Assembly: GCA_030588745.1 (NCBI GenBank)
Contig: JAUUXB010000001.1
Location: 5,330 to 69,329 of the forward strand
Length of the DNA: 64,000 nt
Source of the DNA: a bacterium
GTDB taxonomy: Bacteria; Patescibacteriota; Minisyncoccia; Minisyncoccales; JANBVM01
Direction of reading: 5' to 3'
The translations under genes were made by a program, and so were the position numbers. Positions 25,679 to 33,671 of this stretch are shown one piece after another. Position 1 is the first letter of the stretch, and each line of letters starts with the position of its first letter. The notes beneath the pieces are model-generated. The model was not told the origin of the DNA. It did not search any database and saw only the letters and a list, made by a program, of their open reading frames with translations.

Positions 25679-27121
25679 ATGGAAAAAAATAATTGGCCAA
25701 TCTACTCAAAAGATAACTTAATTTTAGGTAATCCAAAAAGCGAAGCTGCTATTATAACTTTATGGACACCAACAAAACAAATTACTGAAAAGTTAGATAA
25801 GAAGCTTTTTTGGGCAGCTGGACAACTTTATTCCAAAAGCGGAATAAATTATATTATCAGGAATATTCTAGCAAACCCTTTTATACATTACTTGATAATT
25901 TGTGGTCAGGATCTTTCAGGTTCAGGACAGACTTTGATTAATTTTTTTCAAAAAGGCATTGATAGCGACTATAATATTTTAGATGCTGATTTTGCTCTTA
26001 TTGATAAAGAAATACCAAAACAAGCAATAGACCTTGTCAGAAAGAATGTTATGGTTAAAAACCTGATAGGTGTTCGGGAAACAGAAAAGATAGCTAAGGA
26101 ACTAAAAAGCTGTTTAAAGAAAGGCAAACTATTTGCCAGTCCTCAAACATTTCCTGACCATAAAGAAGAAGAATCTTTGTCTTTTCCTACCGACCAGTCA
26201 GTTTTTAAAATAAGAGAAAAGTATATTGGTCCTGCCTGGCTTAGAATCTTAAAGCTTATCTTGAAGTTTGGAGTAGTTAATAAGAGCTGGTATGGGAATG
26301 AAGTAAGAGAAATTTTTAATGTTGCTAGTGTTATAAGCGAGGAGGATCCTTTTAGGCCTGAAATATTTCCCTTTTTACAGGTTAGCAAGCAAGACATAGA
26401 GAAATACCAGTCAAGTATTATGAGGGGTAATAAGGGAGATGAAATCTATAGTTATGGTGAGCGACTCTGGAACTATAAAGGAATGAATCAAGTAGAGGAT
26501 GTAATAATACCTTACTTAAAAAAATATCCTAATGATAGAGCTGCATTAGCTGTGACATTTGATATGACTGCTGACCATAAAGCTTCTCGGTCTCCTTGTA
26601 TGTGTTTGGTTCAGGCAACAATTTTAAATGGCAAGTTAAACTTAACTGCTTATTTCAGGAGCCATGCCATATTTTCTGGTTGGGTTTTAAATGCATTTGG
26701 TTTGCGTCGTGTTCAGCATTATCTGGCTGAGAAATTATCTAAAAAACTGGGTCTTTTAACAATTTTCTCTAATTGCGCTCATATCTATGATAATGAATTA
26801 CCGCCAGCTAAAAAAATAGTTCAAGAACATGGTTTCAAAAAACTAGATTATTGCCTTGACCCGCGTGGCTATTTCATTATTAGTGTTAAAGGAAAAGACA
26901 TGGTTCTTAAGCATTATTCTCTTAACAATCAGTTTTTACAGGAATTTCAACAAAATGGGCTGGAAGAAAAAGCTGCAATTAAGATGTATAATAAGTTAAT
27001 TTTAGCTGAAACTGTTTCTGATCTCTCTCATGCTTTTGATTTAGGGACTGAGCTTCAAAAAGTTGAAATTGCGATAAAGAATAACCTGGAATATATTCAG
27101 GATAAAGATCTGCTGTTTTAA
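25679..27121 (+). CDS. thymidylate-synthase-fold protein (archaeal-type ThyA-like) with about 190-aa N-terminal extra domain
   Basis: C-terminal half: SPCMCLVQ (catalytic Cys context), YFRSHAIFSGWVLNAFGL and AHIYDNE align in style with the ThyA motifs PCH..FQ, RS.D...G.P.N and H.Y.N. The N-terminal GQLYSKSGINYIIRNILANPFIHYLIICGQDLSG resembles MtrA/DUF4346-type domains (tentative). Confidence 0.6.
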   Translation: MEKNNWPIYSKDNLILGNPKSEAAIITLWTPTKQITEKLDKKLFWAAGQLYSKSGINYIIRNILANPFIHYLIICGQDLSGSGQTLINFFQKGIDSDYNILDADFALIDKEIPKQAIDLVRKNVMVKNLIGVRETEKIAKELKSCLKKGKLFASPQTFPDHKEEESLSFPTDQSVFKIREKYIGPAWLRILKLILKFGVVNKSWYGNEVREIFNVASVISEEDPFRPEIFPFLQVSKQDIEKYQSSIMRGNKGDEIYSYGERLWNYKGMNQVEDVIIPYLKKYPNDRAALAVTFDMTADHKASRSPCMCLVQATILNGKLNLTAYFRSHAIFSGWVLNAFGLRRVQHYLAEKLSKKLGLLTIFSNCAHIYDNELPPAKKIVQEHGFKKLDYCLDPRGYFIISVKGKDMVLKHYSLNNQFLQEFQQNGLEEKAAIKMYNKLILAETVSDLSHAFDLGTELQKVEIAIKNNLEYIQDKDLLF

Positions 27122-27207
27122 TTAATTGTTCAAGGTTTTCAATTGACAATTCGTTTTTGTTGTTATATTTTAAAATATAGTTATTTACAAAAAGAGGTGA
27201 AAAAAAT

Positions 27208-27741
27208 TTGGAAAGCACTGAAAATGAAAAAATAAGAAAAGTTTTCGTTGACTACGAAAACTTTATGAGTGCTGTAATAGATATCCATAAAAATAAAGGA
27301 CAGCCTTCAAAATTTGGGTATGATCATCTTAAGGAATTTTTTAGATGGTTGGCACAAAACAAAAAAACTAAAATCTTTTGTTATTACAAAGACAAGGAAG
27401 TAAAAGAAGAAGAACGGAAAACTAGGTTCGTAGATTATTTTCCTATATTGGAGCGACAATTAAGACAAGAGGGAGTTTCTTTTAATGCTTTTAGTGCAAG
27501 TAGGGTTAGTGTAGATTCAAGAATACTTGTGGCGCTGGCTACAATGATTAAAGACGACAGAGTTGAACAAATATACTTAGTTTCTGGCGATGGAGATTAT
27601 GCTGAAATGCTTCAATTACTGAGAGAACAAAAGAAAAAGATTATTGTAGTATCTGGTAAGTCTTGCTGTTCAGGATTACTTAAGGAAGTAGCTGACAAGG
27701 TTCAGTATATAGATGATATTTTAGATTTTTTTAAGGGTTAA
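27208..27741 (+). CDS. NYN (LabA-like, PIN-related) domain protein
   Basis: VFVDYENF...YLVSGDGDYAEMLQLLREQKKKIIVVSG, the typical NYN/LabA pattern. TTG start. Confidence 0.7.
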   Translation: MESTENEKIRKVFVDYENFMSAVIDIHKNKGQPSKFGYDHLKEFFRWLAQNKKTKIFCYYKDKEVKEEERKTRFVDYFPILERQLRQEGVSFNAFSASRVSVDSRILVALATMIKDDRVEQIYLVSGDGDYAEMLQLLREQKKKIIVVSGKSCCSGLLKEVADKVQYIDDILDFFKG

Positions 27742-27787
27742 TACCCTATTTTTTTTATTTTCCAACAAGCTGTGCTAAAATAAAAAA

Positions 27788-28405
27788 ATGTTTAAAAATA
27801 CCAATAAAGGTAAATTCATAGTTTTTGAAGGATTAGATGGTTCGGGTCAGAGTACTCAGGCAGATTTACTAAAAGATTTTTTATTAGAAAAACGTTGTGA
27901 AATAATTTTAACAAAAGAGTCTACTATAGACTCTGAAGCAGGTAAGATAATAAGAAAAGTTTTAAACAAAAAACTGAATATTAGTTCTAAAAAACTGCAA
28001 GAATTGTTTACTCAAGACAGAAAAGAACATTTGGAAAACACAATAATTCCTGCTTTAAAACAAGGGAAAATAGTGATTTCTGATAGATATTTTTTCTCTA
28101 GTTTTGCTTTTGGAGCAGCTGACGGTCTTGATTTAGAATGGTTAATTGAGATTAATAACTCATTTCTTTTGCCAGACATAATCTTTCTTTTAGAAGTTAA
28201 GCCTGAGGCGTGCATTAAAAGGATTGAAGGAAAGGGTTTGAAAAAAACTCTTTTTGAAGAAAGAAAGAAATTAGAAAAAGCTTGGCAAGTCTACAGAAAA
28301 TTACCAGAGCGTTTTAATAATATGTATGTTGTTAATGGCGAAAAATCTATCAATGAGGTTTTTAAAAACATTAAAAAAATAGTTAAGGGAAAGTTAAATT
28401 TATGA
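27788..28405 (+). CDS. tmk: thymidylate kinase-like protein (P-loop Lys replaced by Gln)
   Basis: FIVFEGLDGSGQSTQ and ISDRYFFSS (DRY/F motif). The P-loop reads GSGQST instead of G.GK(S/T). Confidence 0.75.
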   Translation: MFKNTNKGKFIVFEGLDGSGQSTQADLLKDFLLEKRCEIILTKESTIDSEAGKIIRKVLNKKLNISSKKLQELFTQDRKEHLENTIIPALKQGKIVISDRYFFSSFAFGAADGLDLEWLIEINNSFLLPDIIFLLEVKPEACIKRIEGKGLKKTLFEERKKLEKAWQVYRKLPERFNNMYVVNGEKSINEVFKNIKKIVKGKLNL

Positions 28406-29061
28406 ATAAAAAAATTGCAAAAATCATTGATCATACAAATGTTAGTTCCAAAGCAACAAAAAAAGATATTAAAAAACTTTGTGATGAAGTTAAAAAATAT
28501 GGTTTTGGAGGGATTTGCGTTAGACCTGAATGGGTGAGTTTTGTAAAAAAAGAAATGAAAAGAGTTAATGTTAAAATTGTGGTTTTAGTTGATGAACCAA
28601 TAGGGGATAGTTCTCATAAAGAAAGATTGACAGTTTGCAAAAAAATTAAAAAAGATGGAGGTAATCATATTGATATTGTAAATTCAATTCCTGATGTAAA
28701 GCATGGGCGCTGGGATAAGGTTTTAAAGGATTTAAAGCCAATTTGTGGGGTTTTACCCACCAAGGTGATTATTGGTTCGGGTTATTTAACAGATGATGAG
28801 ATTATTAAGGCTTGTCAAGTTGCTAAAAAAGCAGGAGCAATCTGTGTTAAAACTGCTACCAGCAAAGACCCATTAGAGCATCGTGAATTAAAAGAAAAAT
28901 TCTATCATCTTAGATTAATGAAGAAATCAGCTCCTGGTCTTTTAGTAAAGGCATCAGGGAAGATAAAAACTTTAGAGGATTTAAAAGGTGCAGTTAAAGC
29001 TGGAGCTAATATTATTGGCACTAGTTCTGGAGTTAAAATAATGAAAGAAGCTTTAAAATAA
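28402..29061 (+). CDS. deoC: deoxyribose-phosphate aldolase
   Basis: IDHTNVSSKATKKDIKKLC, ICVKTATS (Schiff-base Lys context), KASGKIKT, IGTSSG. Confidence 0.8.
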   Translation: MNKKIAKIIDHTNVSSKATKKDIKKLCDEVKKYGFGGICVRPEWVSFVKKEMKRVNVKIVVLVDEPIGDSSHKERLTVCKKIKKDGGNHIDIVNSIPDVKHGRWDKVLKDLKPICGVLPTKVIIGSGYLTDDEIIKACQVAKKAGAICVKTATSKDPLEHRELKEKFYHLRLMKKSAPGLLVKASGKIKTLEDLKGAVKAGANIIGTSSGVKIMKEALK

Positions 29062-29064
29062 ATT

Positions 29065-30540
29065 ATGAACAAAGCTGAATTTCAACCAGTAATAGGTTTG
29101 GAAATACACGTAGAATTAAAAACTAATTCTAAAATGTTTTGTTCGTGTGCCAATGACCCCAATGAAAGCCAAGCCAATGTTAATGTTTGTCCAGTATGTC
29201 TTGGTCACCCTGGTACACTTCCCGTAATAAACAAAGAGGCAGTTAGACGCGTTATTAAAACTGGCTTGGCTTTAAAATCAGAAATTTCAATGGTCTCAAA
29301 ATTTGACAGGAAAAATTATTTTTATCCAGATCTTCCAAAAGGTTATCAGATTTCTCAGTATGATATGCCCATTGCTCAAAAAGGAGAGTTAAAGTTTAAA
29401 ATCAAGGGCAAAGAGCCAAAAACCATAAGAATTACTAGGGTTCATTTAGAAGAAGATACTGGCAGTTTAGTCCACAGCAAAGGAGCAGACTATAGCTTGG
29501 TTAATTTTAACAGAGCTGGAATTCCTTTAATGGAGCTGGTTACTGAACCTGATATGAGTTCAGCTCTAGAAGCCAGAAAATTCAGTCAGGAGCTGCACTT
29601 GCTTTTACGTTATTTAAAAGTTTCTGAAGCTAATATGGAAAAGGGTCAGTTAAGAATAGAAGCCAATATATCAATAAAGCCCAAAAGTTCAAAGGCTTTA
29701 GGCACAAAAGTAGAAATTAAAAACCTTAACTCTTTTAGAGTTGTTGAAAAAGCAATTGATTACGAGATTAAAAGGCAAGAAGAGGTTTTAAAAAAAGGCA
29801 AAAAAGTTGTCCAAGAAACAAGGGGCTGGGATGAGAAAAAATCAGTAACAGTTTCCCAGCGTGAAAAAGAGCAAGCTCATGATTACAGGTATTTCCCAGA
29901 GCCTGATTTGCCGCCTCTTAAGTTTTCTAAAGATAAAATTAATGAGATTAGGGCTGAAATTCCTGAACTTCCTTATAACAAAAGAACAAGGTTATCTGAT
30001 GAATACAAGTTAGATGAAGATAGCGTTGAGTTTTTTGTTTACAATAAAGATTTAGGAGAATATTTTGAAAAAGTAGTAAGCGAGTTTGAGCCCAATCTTT
30101 CTAAGGATAAGCTTCATAACCTCATAACTTTAGCAACAAATTACATAATCACTGATTTACAAAGCTTGTTAAAAGAAAGAGCTGTTGAAGGTGAAGATTT
30201 TCTTATTACTCCAGAGAATTTCGCTGAATTTATTAGTTTGATTGAAAACAAAACTATATTAAGCAAGGTTGCTAAAACAGTTTTGCTTGAAATGTTTCAA
30301 ACTGGTGCTGATCCATCTAATATTATTGAAGAAAAAGGATTGACTCAAATTAGTGACGAGGAAGAGATTTTAATTTTTATTGAAGAAATAATTTCAAAGA
30401 ATCAAAAAGCAGTTTCAGATTTTAAAAAAGGAAAAGAAAATGCCCTTCAGTTTTTAATCGGTCAGGTAATGACTAGAACAAAAGGAAGAATTAATCCAGA
30501 ACAAGCTCGCAAGATTTTGAAAAAGAAAATCGGAGTTTAA
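29065..30540 (+). CDS. gatB: Asp/Glu-tRNA amidotransferase subunit B
   Basis: IGLEIHVELKT, CPVCLGHPGTLPV, NFNRAGIPLMELVTEPD, and a C-terminal YqeY-like tail. It is 19 kb from gatCA. Confidence 0.93.
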   Translation: MNKAEFQPVIGLEIHVELKTNSKMFCSCANDPNESQANVNVCPVCLGHPGTLPVINKEAVRRVIKTGLALKSEISMVSKFDRKNYFYPDLPKGYQISQYDMPIAQKGELKFKIKGKEPKTIRITRVHLEEDTGSLVHSKGADYSLVNFNRAGIPLMELVTEPDMSSALEARKFSQELHLLLRYLKVSEANMEKGQLRIEANISIKPKSSKALGTKVEIKNLNSFRVVEKAIDYEIKRQEEVLKKGKKVVQETRGWDEKKSVTVSQREKEQAHDYRYFPEPDLPPLKFSKDKINEIRAEIPELPYNKRTRLSDEYKLDEDSVEFFVYNKDLGEYFEKVVSEFEPNLSKDKLHNLITLATNYIITDLQSLLKERAVEGEDFLITPENFAEFISLIENKTILSKVAKTVLLEMFQTGADPSNIIEEKGLTQISDEEEILIFIEEIISKNQKAVSDFKKGKENALQFLIGQVMTRTKGRINPEQARKILKKKIGV

Positions 30541-30573
30541 CTGTAAAAAGTTTAAATAATAAACTTATTATAT

Positions 30574-30608
30574 ATGTGACGAGGTCTCTCCTTGTCACAT
30601 TTTGATTT
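30574..30608 (+). terminator. intrinsic terminator after gatB
   Basis: ATGTGAC (30574-80) ... GTCACAT (30594-600) followed by TTTGATTT. Confidence 0.55.
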
Positions 30609-30625
30609 ATGTATAAAAAGATAAT

Positions 30626-30653
30626 TTGACAAATAAGAATAATTTTGTATAAT
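30626..30653 (+). promoter_or_regulatory. near-consensus promoter
   Basis: TTGACA (30626-31), 16-nt spacer ending in TG, TATAAT (30648-53). Confidence 0.55.
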
Positions 30654-30702
30654 ATAAAATTCACAAAAAAAAGCAAAGAAAGACAAAGAAAGATTGATAA
30701 TT

Positions 30703-31338
30703 ATGAAAAGAAAAGAATTAACAGAAGAAGAATTAAAAATAGCAGAGATACTTAGTAAGACAATAGAAAGACTGGATAGAATAGTTTTCCCAGAAAACCC
30801 AATAGAAGTTTTTGTGCTTCAATGTTTTCCTCCAGATGAAGCTGAAAGATTTGGATATTGTTCGGAAGCTCCTAATTTCATTAACGATTACAGTGGGGAG
30901 CTTTATTTTATTTTTGGGGGCGGGTTGGCTGAAAGAATTGAAAAAGAAAAGCAGAAAAGTATTATGCTTTTCAAAGATTCAGAACTTTTAAAAGCTCCTG
31001 ACCAACTTCCTCGACTTTCTTTAGAAGAAGTGTTGATTATTCTCGCCGTTCACGAGGTAAGACATAGAGTTTATCAGCATTTTCCAGAGAGATTTTTTTC
31101 TCCACAGGACTGGCAAAATACAAACAATGAATATAAATACTTAAAGAGAGCGTTCAGGTACGTTGAGCTTCTATGTAGAGAAATATATACCTCATCGGAA
31201 GAATTTAAAAAGGAGTTTGATGCGGCAGTTATTGAACATATCGTGGTTGAGAAATGGCATTATGGTAGAAGAAATCTCTCCGAAATAGCAAGGATTGTCA
31301 AATCAGGACCATCAGAATTTTTAAATAAGTTTAAATGA
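30703..31338 (+). CDS. hypothetical protein with HExxH motif (possible metallopeptidase)
   Basis: LAVHEVRHRVYQH contains HEVRH. There are no other recognisable motifs. The gene is flanked by its own promoter and terminator. Confidence 0.5.
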   Translation: MKRKELTEEELKIAEILSKTIERLDRIVFPENPIEVFVLQCFPPDEAERFGYCSEAPNFINDYSGELYFIFGGGLAERIEKEKQKSIMLFKDSELLKAPDQLPRLSLEEVLIILAVHEVRHRVYQHFPERFFSPQDWQNTNNEYKYLKRAFRYVELLCREIYTSSEEFKKEFDAAVIEHIVVEKWHYGRRNLSEIARIVKSGPSEFLNKFK

Positions 31339-31361
31339 GAGATTAACTCTCTCTTTTTTTT
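31337..31361. terminator. hairpin terminator between convergent genes
   Basis: GAGAG-attaa-CTCTC followed by TCTTTTTTTT. Confidence 0.5.
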
Positions 31362-31375
31362 AAAAACGGTTCTCG

Positions 31376-33544
31376 TTAATATAAAAAAATTCTAACTAAT
31401 TTTTCTGCTTTTTTATACTTTTTTATCCAATAAATTCTTGAATTTTTCTTAAACCAGGTCATCTGGCGTTTAGCAAACTGTAATGTGTGAACTTTAATAT
31501 TTTCTTTAATTTTTTCTTTATCTTTTTTAGTAGCAGGAAAAGGTATCCATTCCCGATAACCAATTGTCTGAAGCAGGGGAGAGGTACCATATTTTTTTGT
31601 TAGTTTTTTAACTTCTTTTTCAAGCCCAAGTTTAAACATTCTATTAGTTCGTTTTGAGATTCTTCTTTCTAATTCTTTTTTCGGTAATTTTATTCCAATT
31701 TGCAAAATATCAAAAAGAGAAGCTTGTTTTTTTCTTTGAACCCAGAATGGTTTTTTTGTAATTTTACAAACCTCAATTGCACGCACTAGTCTTCTTTTAT
31801 TGTTTTTGTCAATTAATTTAGCGCCTTGGGGGTCTAATTTTTTGTAAATTTTAAACAACTCTTTAGTATTTTTTCTCTCTAATTGTTTCCTTAATTTTTT
31901 ATTAGGTTTTACTTTTGGAAAATCAATATTATCAACAATTGATTTTATATATAAACCTGTGCCACCAACTAAAAATGGTAGTTTTCCTTTCTTATGAATT
32001 TTTTCTATTATTTTAATTGCTTTTTCTTTGTAGAGCGCCACATTAAAATCTTTATTTAGAGCAAGGAAATCAATTAAATGATGGGGGATAGCTTTTATTT
32101 CTTTTTTAGTTGGTTTAGCAGTCCCAATAGCCATTTCTTTGTAAATCTGTCTAGAATCAGCTGAAACTATTTCACCATTAAATTGCTTGGCTAGTTTAAT
32201 TGCTAGGCTTGTTTTTCCTGCTCCCGTAGGTCCTAAAATTACAATCAGTTTTGGTTTAGTGAGAATTCCTTCAAGCCCCCAAGATAAAGCTTTTGTAATT
32301 TTTACTTTTATTATTTCACCTATTAAACCTTTATTCTCGCTCTGTATTTTCACTGTTTTATAAGTTCTGGTTTTTCCAAGCAAAGATCCTTTTTTGTATT
32401 CATCTATTAACATATCAACCTCTTTTCCAACATATTTTTTATTGTTTTCTAAAGCAGTTTTTTCAAGAATTTTTGTCAAAGCGAGCCACCTGATTTGCTT
32501 TTCTTTTTTGGAAATATCATCTTTTAGTTCTAAGGCTTTTGTATGAGGTCTGGGAGAATACTTGGCAATATATGCCATATCAAATTTCATTTCTTTAAAC
32601 AATTTAACTGTGTTTTGGAACTGGTTTTTAGTTTCAGCTGGAAAACCAACAATAACATCAGTGGACAAACTAATATTTGGGATTTTTTTTCTTATTTTTC
32701 TAACTAAATCTTTATATTTTTCAACTATGTAAGCCCGATTCATTTTTTTTAAGATTTCATTATCTCCAGATTGAACTGGTAAGTTTAAGTATTTGGTTAC
32801 TTTGCTGCATTTTGCCATTGTATTAATCAATTTATTTGAAAAATCTTTTGGGTTTGGAGATGTAAATCTTATCCAGAAATCACCATCAATGTTATTAATT
32901 ATTTCTAAAAGCTTTGCAAAATTTATCTTAGAGTCAATAGGAGATTTATAATCATTAACGTTTTGTCCCAAAAGCCATATTTCTTTAGCGTTATTTTTAG
33001 TTGCTTTTTTTACTTCTTTAATAATTTCTTTATGGCTTCTGCAAATTAAAGGTCCGCGAGTAAAGGGAACAATACAATATGCGCAAGTGTTATTACATCC
33101 TGAAGATATTGGAATTAAAGCTGAAAGCTTACTAATTTGCTTGGATTGTATTTTAAAATATTGATTATTTTGTTGCAGTAAAGGTGGCCATAGATTTGAT
33201 AAAAATCCAGCTTCAAAGTATTTTGGCCATTGAGATAAATTTTTAATACTCAAAACCAAATCAAATATTTTAATGAATTTTTTGTGGTCTTGTTTTGAAA
33301 TACAGCCAGTTAAAATTGTTTTCAGTCGCTTGTTTTTTTTCTTTAGTTTTTGAAACTTTGGACCAAGCCCATAGATTCTGTCCACTGCTGATTGTCTTAC
33401 TGAACACATATTTACCACAATTAAATCAGCTTTATAGTGGTTTAAAGCGGGCTTGTATCTGTATTCTTCTAAGAAAGAAGCAATTCGTTCGCTGTCGCTT
33501 TCATTCATTTGACAGCCATAGGTAAAAATAAAGTATTTTTTCAT
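31376..33544 (-). CDS. miaB-miaA: fused tRNA-i6A37 methylthiotransferase (MiaB) and tRNA dimethylallyltransferase (MiaA)
   Basis: N-terminal FTYGCQMNESDSE, radical-SAM GCNNTCAYCIVP and a TRAM-like segment, then a continuous frame into GPTGAGKTSLAIKLAKQFNGEIVSADSRQIY...GGTGLY (MiaA). Start set at MKKYFIF (33544). Confidence 0.85.
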   Translation of the reverse strand: MKKYFIFTYGCQMNESDSERIASFLEEYRYKPALNHYKADLIVVNMCSVRQSAVDRIYGLGPKFQKLKKKNKRLKTILTGCISKQDHKKFIKIFDLVLSIKNLSQWPKYFEAGFLSNLWPPLLQQNNQYFKIQSKQISKLSALIPISSGCNNTCAYCIVPFTRGPLICRSHKEIIKEVKKATKNNAKEIWLLGQNVNDYKSPIDSKINFAKLLEIINNIDGDFWIRFTSPNPKDFSNKLINTMAKCSKVTKYLNLPVQSGDNEILKKMNRAYIVEKYKDLVRKIRKKIPNISLSTDVIVGFPAETKNQFQNTVKLFKEMKFDMAYIAKYSPRPHTKALELKDDISKKEKQIRWLALTKILEKTALENNKKYVGKEVDMLIDEYKKGSLLGKTRTYKTVKIQSENKGLIGEIIKVKITKALSWGLEGILTKPKLIVILGPTGAGKTSLAIKLAKQFNGEIVSADSRQIYKEMAIGTAKPTKKEIKAIPHHLIDFLALNKDFNVALYKEKAIKIIEKIHKKGKLPFLVGGTGLYIKSIVDNIDFPKVKPNKKLRKQLERKNTKELFKIYKKLDPQGAKLIDKNNKRRLVRAIEVCKITKKPFWVQRKKQASLFDILQIGIKLPKKELERRISKRTNRMFKLGLEKEVKKLTKKYGTSPLLQTIGYREWIPFPATKKDKEKIKENIKVHTLQFAKRQMTWFKKNSRIYWIKKYKKAEKLVRIFLY

Positions 33545-33671
33545 AATTTCTTTATAGCACTCTGTGATATATCGGGCAACGCCCGTTATAACGCACGGCG
33601 ATATATCAAACAATGTTTGATGCAACAGAAAACAGCCTTTTAAAGACTGTTTTCTTTATTATCATAATTAT

